A DNA stretch of 64,000 nt from an uncultured Ginsengibacter sp. Lineage in GTDB: Bacteria; Bacteroidota; Bacteroidia; Chitinophagales; Chitinophagaceae. Each line of letters begins with the position of its first letter. The stretch's first letter is position 1. Below the pieces are notes generated by a model, which saw only the letters and a list, made by a program, of their open reading frames with translations, was not told where the DNA came from and did not search any database. Location of the stretch: assembly GCA_964526985.1 (NCBI GenBank), contig CAZGNJ010000004.1, positions 94,618 to 158,617 of the forward strand, in the 5' to 3' direction. Positions 1 to 10,157 of this stretch are shown here, piece after piece. Made by a program: the position numbers and the translations under genes.

Positions 1-196
1 GTAAAAGATGAAGCCCATCCTGCTTCAGGCTTTCCATGGCCGTAGCTGCATGGCCCACACCCGGAAAAATAATTCTGTCGGCTGTAAGTATCTCATCATG
101 ATCATTGCTTAGAATTGCGTCTATGCCTAACCGTTGCAATGCAAAACGGACACTTGTTACATTTCCGGAATTGTATTTTATAATGACCACTTTCAT
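1..196 (-). CDS. hisH: Imidazole glycerol phosphate synthase glutaminase subunit, 5' part (runs off the window start)
   Basis: Manual translation from ATG at 196, overlapping the hisB TGA (ATGA): [49 protein letters not shown]; matches the HisH N-terminal GN..S and PGVG motifs; position in the his operon. Confidence 0.93.
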   Translation of the reverse strand, partial: MKVVIIKYNSGNVTSVRFALQRLGIDAILSNDHDEILTADRIIFPGVGHAATAMESLKQDGLHLL

Positions 197-1335
197 AATA
201 TGCCCTTGGTTGTGGGTAATACTTCGCTCTCAGTATCTCTTGCTACCGCCATTTTCAACGCTTTGGCGAATGCCTTAAAAATGGATTCTATTTTGTGATG
301 TTCATTATCGCCTTCTACTTTTATATTGAGATTACATTTAGCAGCATCGCTGAATGATTTGAAAAAATGGAAGAACATTTCTGTGGGTACATCTCCGACT
401 TTCTCTCTTTTGAATTCTGCATCCCATACAATCCAGTTGCGCCCTCCCAGGTCAACCGCTACCTGTGCCAGCGCATCATCCATCGGAAGCAGAAATCCGT
501 AACGGCCAATTCCTTTCTTATTGCCCAATGACTTCAACAAAGCTTCGCCAAGTGCAATGGCCACATCTTCGATAGTATGGTGTTCGTCCACCTGCAGATC
601 ACCATTGCAATGAATGCTCAGGTCAAAACCACCATGACGGGCCAACTGATCCAGCATGTGATCAAAAAAATGCAGCCCGGTTTTAATATCTGCTACTCCT
701 TTGCCATCCGGATTCAGCCTGATTTCAATATCAGTCTCATTGGTTGTGCGCCGGATAGTTGCAATACGTGATTGAGCATTGAGGTATTCATAGATCTCTT
801 TCCATCCTGTCGTCTCCAATGCAATGATTTCTTCTAAATCATCCAGGGACTCTTTCACTTCATGTGCACCTAAATTTTTCTCGTTGTTGATAAAGATCGC
901 TTTGCAGCCTAAATTCTTTGCAAGTAAAACATCCGTTATTCGATCACCAATCACGAATGAATTCGCAATGTCGTACGCTTCATTATTCAAATAGGAAGTC
1001 AGCATTCCAATTCCCGGTTTACGGGTAGGTTTGTTTTCGAAGGCAAATGTTTTGTCAATAAACACCTTTTTGAAAAACACATTTTCATTTTCAAAGGCAT
1101 GGATCACAAACCGGTGCGGTTCTATGAATGATTCTTCAGGGAAGGCCTCCGTTCCCAATCCGTCCTGGTTGGTCACCATCACCAATTCGTAACCGAGTCG
1201 CGTAGCTATTTTATTGAGGTACTCAAATACATGAGGAAAAAATTCGAGCTTGGGAAACGAGTCTACCTGGTACGATGGCGGTGGATCCATGATGAGCGTA
1301 CCATCCCGATCGATAAACAATACTTTCTTTTTCAT
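193..1335 (-). CDS. hisB: Bifunctional histidinol-phosphatase / imidazoleglycerol-phosphate dehydratase
   Basis: HAD motif [21 protein letters not shown] motifs [21 protein letters not shown]. Confidence 0.97.
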   Translation of the reverse strand: MKKKVLFIDRDGTLIMDPPPSYQVDSFPKLEFFPHVFEYLNKIATRLGYELVMVTNQDGLGTEAFPEESFIEPHRFVIHAFENENVFFKKVFIDKTFAFENKPTRKPGIGMLTSYLNNEAYDIANSFVIGDRITDVLLAKNLGCKAIFINNEKNLGAHEVKESLDDLEEIIALETTGWKEIYEYLNAQSRIATIRRTTNETDIEIRLNPDGKGVADIKTGLHFFDHMLDQLARHGGFDLSIHCNGDLQVDEHHTIEDVAIALGEALLKSLGNKKGIGRYGFLLPMDDALAQVAVDLGGRNWIVWDAEFKREKVGDVPTEMFFHFFKSFSDAAKCNLNIKVEGDNEHHKIESIFKAFAKALKMAVARDTESEVLPTTKGIL

Positions 1336-2384
1336 TCTGAATAATTCTTTAAGGATTTGATGAGTGATTCATTTTCTGCAGGAGTACCTATGGTAATGCG
1401 CAGGCAATTATTTAAGAGCGGCTGACTGCTTTGATTGCGCACCACTATCTTTTGAGCCAACAAGTATTCGTACAACTTCTGCGCATTGGTAACTTTCACC
1501 AAAAGAAAATTGGCATCACTCGGATATATCTTCTTTATGAATGGAAAATCTTCCATTGCTTTTGCGAGCCTGCCACGCTGTTCTACTAATTGCCGTGTCC
1601 AATTCTCCATCCCACTTCTATTTCGCAATGCCTCAATGGCCAGTTGTTGAGTTAATGAACTGACATTGTAAGGTGTCTTCACACTGCTCAGGTAGCGAAT
1701 AATTTCCGGTGCAGCAAATGCAGCGCCAATGCGAAGTCCGGCAAGTCCCCAGGCTTTCGAAAGTGTCTGCAATACAATGAGATTATTGTGCTCAGAAAGC
1801 ATTTCAATAAATGATTCCCGGCTGCAAAAATCAAAATAGGCTTCATCTATTACAATGATTCCCCTGAATTGCTCTAATAAAATTTCAATGTCATTTTTAT
1901 GCAGCAGGTTGCCTGTAGGATTGTTAGGCGAACAAAGAAAGATCAATTTTGTGTCCTGGTCAATCGCATTGAAGATGCCTGATATGTCCAACTGGAAATC
2001 TTCCGTGAGTAACACTTCCTTCACAGCCGTATCATTGATTGCTGCTGCCACTCCATACATCCTGAAGGTAGGAGGTGAGGTGATGATATTATCAATTCCA
2101 GGCCTGCAAAAGATCCGAATGATATGATCGATGATTTCATCACTGCCATTTCCAATGCCGATATTAGATGTATCCACTTTCTTCAACCGCGCCAATGCCT
2201 GCTTCAGTTCCATCTGCAACGGATCAGGGTAACGGTTATAATCTTTCTCCAACGGTGAACCAAACGCGTTTTCATTGGCATCCAAAAAGACCTTAGCCGT
2301 TCCTTTGAATTCACTCCGGGCCGAAGAATAAGGTTTGAGTTCCCTGATATTTTTTCTTACTAATTCTTCTATATTCAACATCAT
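1332..2384 (-). CDS. hisC: Histidinol-phosphate aminotransferase
   Basis: [42 protein letters not shown] (PLP lysine). Confidence 0.96.
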   Translation of the reverse strand: MMLNIEELVRKNIRELKPYSSARSEFKGTAKVFLDANENAFGSPLEKDYNRYPDPLQMELKQALARLKKVDTSNIGIGNGSDEIIDHIIRIFCRPGIDNIITSPPTFRMYGVAAAINDTAVKEVLLTEDFQLDISGIFNAIDQDTKLIFLCSPNNPTGNLLHKNDIEILLEQFRGIIVIDEAYFDFCSRESFIEMLSEHNNLIVLQTLSKAWGLAGLRIGAAFAAPEIIRYLSSVKTPYNVSSLTQQLAIEALRNRSGMENWTRQLVEQRGRLAKAMEDFPFIKKIYPSDANFLLVKVTNAQKLYEYLLAQKIVVRNQSSQPLLNNCLRITIGTPAENESLIKSLKNYSE

Positions 2385-3670
2385 GATTCTATCCTTTGTT
2401 TTTTTATTCTAATTAATGCCGCATTTCTGTGAGCTTGTAAACCTTCTGCTGCTGCGAGCGTCCCGATCGCATTTGCAACCCCGGCTATTCCTGCGGCAGT
2501 AATTTCCTGGAAGGTGATTTTCTTAACAAAACTATCTATCGAAACCCCGGAATATGTTTTCGCATATCCATTGGTTGGCAATGTATGGTTGGTGCCCGAA
2601 ATATAATCCCCTGCACTTTCAGGAGCATAATGCCCCAGGAAAACGCTTCCTGCATTGACAACAAGCTCGCTCAGAGTTGATGCCCTGTCTGAAGCAATGA
2701 TCAGGTGTTCCGGTGCATAAGCATTCAGCAAATCGAAACTGTCCTTTTCATTCTCCATTATAAAACATCTGCTGTGAGCGATGGATGATTCCATTTCCTT
2801 TTTCCTGTCTAACTGTTGCATTTGTACTTCCATCGCCTTCATCACTTTCACTCCTATTGCCTCACTACATGACACCAGGATCACCTGGCTATCCATACCA
2901 TGCTCTGCCTGGCTGAGCAGGTCGGCAGCCACAAATTCAGGATTCGCATGTTCATCTGCAAAGACAGCAACTTCACTCGGCCCTGCCGGCATGTCAATAG
3001 CCACGCCTTCTGAATTGACAATCTCCTTGGCTCTTGTTACAAAGCGGTTACCCGGACCAAAAATTTTATTTACAGGTTTGATGGTTTCTGTACCATAAGC
3101 CATTGCAGCAACCGCCTGGGCACCACCGATCTTGAAAAAATTCCGGATACCCAAAAGATATGCTGTATATAACATGGCCGGATGTACGAAATTGCTTTTT
3201 GCAGGGCTGCACACCACGATCTCTTTGCATCCGGCTATTGAAGCAGGAATCGCCAGCATCAAAAGTGTAGAAAACAAAGGCGCAGTTCCTCCTGGTATAT
3301 ACAGCCCTACTCTTTCGATAGGTACTGATTTTCTCCAGCATCGGATGCCGGGAGAAGTTTCTATATCAGAAACAGGTTCTACCTGGGAACAGTGAAATTT
3401 TTCAATATTGTTTCTTGCAGTTTCAATTGCAGATTTCAAATGGGGATCTATTTGCTTGGCGGAAGCTTTCATCAAATCTTCCGGCACCCAAAAATCCTTT
3501 CCTTTCCATCCATCCAATTTTTCATTGAACTCCATCAACGCCTGATCACCACCATTCCTGACATCCTGTAAAATCTCCTGTACCTTCCGGTCAATGTCGG
3601 CAAAATCAGTTTGCGGGCGCCTGAGTAATTCGGGCCAATCTTTTCTATCCGGGTTTTTATAAACTTTCAT
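2381..3670 (-). CDS. hisD: Histidinol dehydrogenase
   Basis: [51 protein letters not shown]. Confidence 0.97.
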   Translation of the reverse strand: MKVYKNPDRKDWPELLRRPQTDFADIDRKVQEILQDVRNGGDQALMEFNEKLDGWKGKDFWVPEDLMKASAKQIDPHLKSAIETARNNIEKFHCSQVEPVSDIETSPGIRCWRKSVPIERVGLYIPGGTAPLFSTLLMLAIPASIAGCKEIVVCSPAKSNFVHPAMLYTAYLLGIRNFFKIGGAQAVAAMAYGTETIKPVNKIFGPGNRFVTRAKEIVNSEGVAIDMPAGPSEVAVFADEHANPEFVAADLLSQAEHGMDSQVILVSCSEAIGVKVMKAMEVQMQQLDRKKEMESSIAHSRCFIMENEKDSFDLLNAYAPEHLIIASDRASTLSELVVNAGSVFLGHYAPESAGDYISGTNHTLPTNGYAKTYSGVSIDSFVKKITFQEITAAGIAGVANAIGTLAAAEGLQAHRNAALIRIKKQRIES

Positions 3671-4530
3671 CAGATTACCATTTTTTCGATGGGCACTACC
3701 AGGATTCCTTCTGCTTTCAATGCTTTCAGCTTTTCAATTACTTCCCAGAATACATCTTCACTCACTACGCTTTGTACACTGCTCCATCCTGCCTCTGCAA
3801 GCGGTACTATCGTTGGGCTTTTCATACCCGGCAGGATGTCGATAATTGACTTCAGGCTTTCATTGGGCGCATTTAGCATGATGTATTTCTTGCCGTAGGC
3901 ATTTTTTACAGATTCAATTCTGAAAAGAAGTTTCTGAAAAATCTCAGCCTGTGGATGATTCTTCAATGTCTTATTGGCTACCAGTATCGCCTGAGACTGA
4001 AGCACCGTCTCTACCTCTTTCAGGCCGTTAGTAAGTAATGTACTACCGCTGCTTACCAAATCGCAAATAGCGCCGGCCAGCCCAATTCCCGGGGCGATCT
4101 CCACAGAGCCGCTGATGATATGAATTTCCGCGGACAATTGGTTTTTCTTCAGGTATTTTCCTAACAGGTTAGGATAGCTGGTTGCGATCTTTATTCCCCG
4201 GAGGTCTTCAGGCCCGTTGTAGGCCTGGTTTTTCGGAATTGCGATGCTGAGCCTGCAATTACCAAAGCCGAGGTCAGTTACATTTTTTATGTCCCTGTTC
4301 TTTTCCATGAAGACATTCTTTCCGACAATGCCCACATCCGCAACACCATCTTCCACGTATTGTGGAATATCGTCATCCCTCAGAAAAAATGCTTCCAGCG
4401 GGAAATTATTCGCAACAGATTTTAATTGACCGTTGCCATTGGGTATGTTGATACCACATTCTTTCAGCAAAGCAATGCTGTCATTGTGCAGCCGGCCTGA
4501 TTTCTGAATCGCTAATTTTAGTTTCTCCAT
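3670..4530 (-). CDS. hisG: ATP phosphoribosyltransferase (long form)
   Basis: AIQKSGRL, RDDDIP, IATSYP, SGSVEIAP, DLVSSGSTL, C-terminal regulatory domain (PGMKSPT). Confidence 0.97.
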   Translation of the reverse strand: MEKLKLAIQKSGRLHNDSIALLKECGINIPNGNGQLKSVANNFPLEAFFLRDDDIPQYVEDGVADVGIVGKNVFMEKNRDIKNVTDLGFGNCRLSIAIPKNQAYNGPEDLRGIKIATSYPNLLGKYLKKNQLSAEIHIISGSVEIAPGIGLAGAICDLVSSGSTLLTNGLKEVETVLQSQAILVANKTLKNHPQAEIFQKLLFRIESVKNAYGKKYIMLNAPNESLKSIIDILPGMKSPTIVPLAEAGWSSVQSVVSEDVFWEVIEKLKALKAEGILVVPIEKMVI

Positions 4531-4541
4531 GTCTATAAAAT

Positions 4542-4569
4542 AAAAAAGGCTTACAACAAAATGTAAGCC
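4542..4569 (-). terminator. Attenuator terminator hairpin of the his operon
   Basis: Minus strand GGCTTACA-TTTTGT-TGTAAGCC followed by TTTTTT, just upstream of the hisG start. Confidence 0.88.
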
Positions 4570-4592
4570 CTGTTAATTCGTTAATTGATACA

Positions 4593-4658
4593 TCATTCCG
4601 GCTTACACCCTGTGCATGCGAAATGATGATGATGAATATTTAAATTACTTAGTACCAT
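4593..4658 (-). CDS. hisL: His operon leader peptide (21 aa, MVLSNLNIHHHHFACTGCKPE)
   Basis: Manual translation; four tandem CAT codons; contains TGTAAGCC (4600-4607), which can pair with the terminator 5' arm as an antiterminator. Confidence 0.88.
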   Translation of the reverse strand: MVLSNLNIHHHHFACTGCKPE

Positions 4659-4669
4659 TTTTTGTCCGG

Positions 4670-4677
4670 CAAAAATA
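4670..4677 (-). promoter_or_regulatory. Bacteroidota housekeeping -7 promoter box (TATTTTTG) for the his leader
   Basis: Matches TAnnTTTG, 12 nt before the leader ATG. Confidence 0.6.
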
Positions 4678-4790
4678 AATAAATAGAATCCAATTATCCT
4701 AAAAAAAATATCTTTACGATATCAATATTTCAATATCCCCCTGTAGTGCTGAATATTTTGAGCTTACTGAATTTAAAACCACACAACTGC

Positions 4791-4798
4791 TAAATTTG
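4791..4798 (+). promoter_or_regulatory. -7 promoter box TAAATTTG upstream of the sensor kinase
   Basis: Matches TAnnTTTG ~30 nt before the ATG at 4831. Confidence 0.5.
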
Positions 4799-4830
4799 AA
4801 TATTAGACCAGCAAACCTGCCCCCATACAA

Positions 4831-6981
4831 ATGAAAAAGAAAACGACAAAAAAGGTACTGATCATTAAAGACGCTGTTGTCAACCAAATAGGACTACCTG
4901 TTGTCATTCTTGGAAAGAAACTCAATAGTATTCAATTCAATAAGAAAGCAGCCGAATCCTTTAAAGGCATCACATCTGCTGAAGAATTCATGGCATTAAT
5001 GGGTACCGATTCTGCAAAAAGGTTTAGGAAAATTTTTGACCATGCAATAAAATCGGGGAAGGAAAAATCCTTAACCTTACCATTTAAAAAGTATCATTGG
5101 AGTATCAAACTATTCCCGGGCAAGGCAGCGATAACACTTGTATGCGAAAAACTTTCCAGGGCGGATCATTCAAGCTATGTGTTGCAAAACAGAATGATAC
5201 TGGATGCCATGGGAGACAGTTTTATGCTGACTGACAAAGACCAAAACATCATTGATGTGAACCCTGCCATTTGTAAAGCACTGGGATATTCAAGGGATGA
5301 ATTGCTCACCATGAATGCAGGCCAGTTTGATAAGTTTATTTCAAGAGAGGAAATCCGCGCTATCCATCGGTTGGCTGATAAGAAGCCTGTCATCTTTGAC
5401 ACCAAAAATATCAATGCTGATGGCAAAACAGTAGATGCTGAGGTGAACATGTTTGCAGTAAGAATAAACGGGAAAAAATATTACGGATCTTTCGGTAGAA
5501 ATATTACAGAGTACAAACGGGTACAGACAGAACTTGAAATAACCAACAAAAGGCTGAGTGATATCACTAACTCAGCCAATGACGCATTGTGGGAATTGGA
5601 TATAGCCACCGGCGAGCGATGGGCCAATGAAATCCACCAAAAATTATATGGGCTCACCACCAACGATCCCATGCCCGATGGAAAAGAATGGGAGAAACAT
5701 ATTCACCCGGAAGACCGGAAGGAAGTTGTGAAAACTCTCGACACGGCTATCAATGCAAAACACCACACCTGGAATGCAGAATACAGATTCAGAACAGGAA
5801 GGAATAAATGGATCTATATTTATGACCGTACATTGCTTCATTTCGGGGAAGACGGGAAGTTGGAAAAAATGATGGGTAGCATGGTGGATGTCACAGAATT
5901 AAAAATTATCCAGGATGAATTAGAAGTACAACGCAATTTCAGTGAAAGTATCATCAACGCACTGCCAGGTATATTCTACCTGTTAGACAAAGATGGCAAT
6001 TTCCTCCGTTGGAACAAGAACTTTGAAACCATTACAGGATATAGCTCAGAAGAAATAACAAGTATGAACCCTTACGATTTCTTCTATAGCCGTGAAACAG
6101 ACAAACTCTCCAATAAAATTGATGAGGTTTTCCAAAAAGGATGGGCAGAAATGGAAGGTACATTGCTCAGTAAATCCGGAGAAGGAAAGCCTTATTACCT
6201 GAGTGGATGGAGGACGGTAGTAGATAACAAGGAATGCCTCATCGGAACGGGAGTCGACCTTTCGGAAATCAAAAATGCGCAAGAAAACATCAAACGAATG
6301 GAACTGAAAATAGCCGAACAAAAGATCCAGGATCAGAAGGTGATTTCCAGGGCTATCATTTCCGCACAGGAAAAAGAAAGGAATCATATCGGAAAGGAAC
6401 TGCATGATAACGTGAACCAATTGCTCGCAGGCACCAGGCTCTACCTCACTATGGGAGGAAAGAAAAATCCGGAGATCGCAGAAATGCTGAAGTACCCGAT
6501 CGAATTATTGGATAATGGTATCCAGGAAATCCGGGCGCTCACACATCGTCATATTTCACCGGCAAAAGATGTGGATCTGAAACAACTTGCAGAAGGCATT
6601 GTAGAACTGTTGAAGGCTGCATCTATCAAATGCGAATTAAAATATTCTCTGGATCTGAATATTCCCGAAAACCTGATGATCAATATATACAGGATACTTC
6701 AGGAACAGGTAACCAACATTCTCAAACACTCTGCCGCTAAAAAAGTTACTTTCAACATCAGTTCCAATGAAGGCTCGGTATTCCTCACCACTACGGACGA
6801 CGGTAAAGGATTTGACATCAACAAACAGCGGGAAGGAATCGGCATCTCCAATATTTTCAACAGGGTAGAATCCTACAACGGAATCATTGAAATAAAGTCA
6901 TCACCCGGCAATGGCTGCACAATTGACATTCAGATACCGGTACCGGATTATATGTATCTGCTTACGTCTTACACAGGTTGA
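4831..6981 (+). CDS. Cytoplasmic multi-PAS sensor histidine kinase (HisKA_3/HATPase_c type)
   Basis: Three or more PAS/PAC repeats (VNPAICKALGYSRDELL; HIHPEDR; WNKNFETITGYS); H-box ERNHIGKELHDNVNQ; N-box QEQVTNILKHS; G-boxes DDGKGF, GIGISN; no TM segment. Confidence 0.92.
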   Translation: MKKKTTKKVLIIKDAVVNQIGLPVVILGKKLNSIQFNKKAAESFKGITSAEEFMALMGTDSAKRFRKIFDHAIKSGKEKSLTLPFKKYHWSIKLFPGKAAITLVCEKLSRADHSSYVLQNRMILDAMGDSFMLTDKDQNIIDVNPAICKALGYSRDELLTMNAGQFDKFISREEIRAIHRLADKKPVIFDTKNINADGKTVDAEVNMFAVRINGKKYYGSFGRNITEYKRVQTELEITNKRLSDITNSANDALWELDIATGERWANEIHQKLYGLTTNDPMPDGKEWEKHIHPEDRKEVVKTLDTAINAKHHTWNAEYRFRTGRNKWIYIYDRTLLHFGEDGKLEKMMGSMVDVTELKIIQDELEVQRNFSESIINALPGIFYLLDKDGNFLRWNKNFETITGYSSEEITSMNPYDFFYSRETDKLSNKIDEVFQKGWAEMEGTLLSKSGEGKPYYLSGWRTVVDNKECLIGTGVDLSEIKNAQENIKRMELKIAEQKIQDQKVISRAIISAQEKERNHIGKELHDNVNQLLAGTRLYLTMGGKKNPEIAEMLKYPIELLDNGIQEIRALTHRHISPAKDVDLKQLAEGIVELLKAASIKCELKYSLDLNIPENLMINIYRILQEQVTNILKHSAAKKVTFNISSNEGSVFLTTTDDGKGFDINKQREGIGISNIFNRVESYNGIIEIKSSPGNGCTIDIQIPVPDYMYLLTSYTG

Positions 6982-7140
6982 AAAAATTGTCAAATCATTA
7001 GAGTCAACTCTTATCAATCCAGGACTGTCCATTTCATTCAAAGAACAATCACAGTTTTTAGTATCGGCTAAATAAAAATGAACTCCTTTTAACCATTGTT
7101 TTTTAAATTGTGGCCTCAATTCCACATTTTTAAAATTCTG

Positions 7141-10119
7141 ATGAAAAAATTTATTGCGTTCTTCGCACTTCTTTGTTCTTTTCAATTCCTTTTCGCACAA
7201 ATTCAAAACAACCGGGCAGCCACACATTGGGCTGACAGCGTGTTTCAATCACTCACAGACGATCAGCGTATTGCTCAATTGATGGTATTGCGCCAAAGCA
7301 GTTTCACTTCGTCCGGACCGGTTTATTACGATAGTCTGATTACAGATGCCATCAAAAAATATAACATCGGCGGTATTTGCCTTTTCCAGGGCGCTCCGGT
7401 GAAACAGGCGGAATTCATCAACAAGTATCAAAGTATTTCGCAAACTCCTGTAATGGTGTGTATCGATGCGGAATGGGGACTGGGTATGCGCTTAGACAGC
7501 GTGAAGTCCCTGAATCACCCGATGATGTTAGGCGCGATGAATGACTCAACATTGGTGTATGAATATGGAAGCCTGATCGGTAGACAATTAAAGAGAATGG
7601 GCATCCAGGTGGACTATGCGCCTGTAGTGGATATCAATAACAATCCTGCCAACCCGGTGATCAATGATCGCTCCTTCGGAGAAAATAAATATAAAGTGGC
7701 GAGTTATGGGCTTGCCTACATGCACGGACTGCAGGATGAAGGAATCATCGCCTGTGCCAAACATTTCCCGGGACATGGTGATGTATCAGTTGACTCACAC
7801 CTCGATCTTCCTGTCATCAACAAAAGCCTGGAAGCCCTGGACACACTGGAATTGTATCCCTTCAAAAGATTGATACAGGGTGGTGTGGCCAGCATTATGA
7901 TCGCACACCTTTATGTACCGGCAATAGACCCTACACCCAATACAGCGACATCTATCAGCAAAGCAACGGTAACCGGCTTGCTCCGCGACAAACTGCATTA
8001 TGATGGATTGACATTTACGGATGCATTAGGGATGAAAGGTGTTGCAAAGTTTTTTCCGGGAGGTACCATCGCTGCCCAGTCACTCATTGCCGGTAATGAC
8101 ATGCTGTGCCTTCCTGAAAGTGTACCTGATGCTATTGCCGCTATTCGCACAGCTATTGATTCAGGAAAACTTTCGTGGAATGATATTTATGAAAAATGTA
8201 AGAAAGTATTGCGCTACAAATACAATTATGGTATTGCACAGGTACAGCCTGTAAACATCGACAATCTTACCAATGATTTGAATGCAGGAATCGATGACCT
8301 GAAAAAACAAGTAGCGGAAGAAGCCATTACCCTATTGAAAAATGAGGATAAGAATTTCTTCACACTACTTCAACAAAACAAAGGACAAAACAAGATCGCC
8401 TACATCGGCATTGGTATCGACAGCACTAACACTCTTGCCACAAAACTGCACACTACACTTGGCACAGATAACTTCTATTTTGATTACGATGAAGATAACC
8501 GCCGTATCCTGAGTACCGTAGAATTGATCAGGAGAAGATATCAGCAGGTAGTGATCGGCGTTCATAAGTACAGACGTTATCCTGCCAGCCAGTTTGGTAT
8601 ATCAAATGAGGCATTGGATTTATTGAAGCAGGTCATGCAAAATAATAGCACCATTGTACTCGACTTCGGAAACCCTTATGCCATACAGTATTTCTGTGAT
8701 GCAAAGAATTTAGTCGCCTGCTACGAAGATGATTCCATCACCCAGTCAGTAGCGGCAGACATGCTCTTAGGTAAGTTGCCATTCAAAGGTACACTCCCTG
8801 TTACGGTTTGTCCGCAATATCCTTCAGGTTCGGGAATCATCACAAAAGAATCGTTGATGCCAACAGTAGCTCCCGCTACAGTAGGTATGAATGCAGAAAA
8901 GTTATTGGATATTGATTCCATTGCCAAAGCAGGGATCGCTGCCGGCGCATTCCCCGGTTGTGTGGTGCTTGCAGCAAAGGATGGAAAAATATTTTATGAA
9001 AAAGCCTTTGGTAAATATAATTACGATGCACCTGAAAGAATGAGAACCAGCTCCATCTTTGACCTTGCGTCTGTAACAAAAATACTTGCGACTACACTGA
9101 GTGTGATGAAACTCTATGATGAAGGAAAAATAAAACTCAACAAGACATTGGGCACTTACCTGCCCTGGGTAAGAAAAAGTGATAAGAAGAATTTGCGGAT
9201 AGACAAAATTCTACTGCACCAGGCAGGCCTGGTAGCCTTTATTCCATTTTACAAAAAACTCATTGACGCCGAAACCGGAGCGCCGCTTCACCAATATTTC
9301 AGAAATGAAAAAAGTGACAGTTTCGGAATCCGTGTAGCGCAAAATATCTACCTCAGAACTGATTATGAAGACTCATTGTACCAGATCATATTAGACAGTA
9401 AACTGGGTCCGATGGATAAATACATTTACAGTGATAATGATTTTATCTTCCTCGGTAAAATCGTAGAAGCTGTATCAGGACTTACATTGGACAAGTACGC
9501 TGAAAAAAATTTCTACAAGCCGATGGGATTGGCATCAACCGGATTCCTGCCAAGAGAAAAATTTGACACAAACAGAATAGCTCCGACAGAATATGAAAAA
9601 TCATTTCGTATGCAGCACCTGCATGGGGATGTACACGATCCGGGTTCAGCTCTCTTTGGAGAAGTAGCCGGACATGCAGGATTGTTCAGTGATGTAGATG
9701 ACATGGCGGTATTACTTCAAATGCTATTAAACGGAGGCACTTTCAAAGGACAACGATACATCAAAGAATCAACAATACAACTTTTCACATCGTACAATTC
9801 AACTATCAGCCGCAGGGGATATGGGTTTGACAAACCTCAGAAAGACAATTACACCACCACAGAAGAACGGCCTTACCCTTCAAGATATGCTTCACCGCTC
9901 ACTTACGGGCACACAGGATACACAGGCACATGTATATGGGTTGACCCGAAATACAATTTAGTTTACGTATTTTTAAGCAATCGTGTAAATCCTGATGGTG
10001 GTGAGAACCTGAAACTATCTACCATGAATATCAGAGGCGCGATAGAAGATACGTTGTACAAGGCAATGATACCGGTACCTGAAGAGGTATTGAAGAGAGA
10101 ATCGGAAAATAAGCAATAA
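7141..10119 (+). CDS. GH3 beta-N-acetylglucosaminidase fused to a beta-lactamase-family serine hydrolase (secreted)
   Basis: Likely start MKKFIAFF (signal peptide) at 7141; DAEWG, APVVD, KHFPGHGDVSVDSH, FTDAL; C-terminal ASVTK (SxxK), YSD, HAGLFS, GHTGYTG. Confidence 0.92.
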   Translation: MKKFIAFFALLCSFQFLFAQIQNNRAATHWADSVFQSLTDDQRIAQLMVLRQSSFTSSGPVYYDSLITDAIKKYNIGGICLFQGAPVKQAEFINKYQSISQTPVMVCIDAEWGLGMRLDSVKSLNHPMMLGAMNDSTLVYEYGSLIGRQLKRMGIQVDYAPVVDINNNPANPVINDRSFGENKYKVASYGLAYMHGLQDEGIIACAKHFPGHGDVSVDSHLDLPVINKSLEALDTLELYPFKRLIQGGVASIMIAHLYVPAIDPTPNTATSISKATVTGLLRDKLHYDGLTFTDALGMKGVAKFFPGGTIAAQSLIAGNDMLCLPESVPDAIAAIRTAIDSGKLSWNDIYEKCKKVLRYKYNYGIAQVQPVNIDNLTNDLNAGIDDLKKQVAEEAITLLKNEDKNFFTLLQQNKGQNKIAYIGIGIDSTNTLATKLHTTLGTDNFYFDYDEDNRRILSTVELIRRRYQQVVIGVHKYRRYPASQFGISNEALDLLKQVMQNNSTIVLDFGNPYAIQYFCDAKNLVACYEDDSITQSVAADMLLGKLPFKGTLPVTVCPQYPSGSGIITKESLMPTVAPATVGMNAEKLLDIDSIAKAGIAAGAFPGCVVLAAKDGKIFYEKAFGKYNYDAPERMRTSSIFDLASVTKILATTLSVMKLYDEGKIKLNKTLGTYLPWVRKSDKKNLRIDKILLHQAGLVAFIPFYKKLIDAETGAPLHQYFRNEKSDSFGIRVAQNIYLRTDYEDSLYQIILDSKLGPMDKYIYSDNDFIFLGKIVEAVSGLTLDKYAEKNFYKPMGLASTGFLPREKFDTNRIAPTEYEKSFRMQHLHGDVHDPGSALFGEVAGHAGLFSDVDDMAVLLQMLLNGGTFKGQRYIKESTIQLFTSYNSTISRRGYGFDKPQKDNYTTTEERPYPSRYASPLTYGHTGYTGTCIWVDPKYNLVYVFLSNRVNPDGGENLKLSTMNIRGAIEDTLYKAMIPVPEEVLKRESENKQ

Positions 10120-10157
10120 AAATTCTAAAGAATTTATTTTTAAAACCAAGCTATATT

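Noticed and set aside
8860..10119. Beta-lactamase domain as an acquired resistance gene
   Set aside because: It is fused to a GH3 NagZ in a housekeeping context with no mobile-element signs; cell-wall recycling fits better
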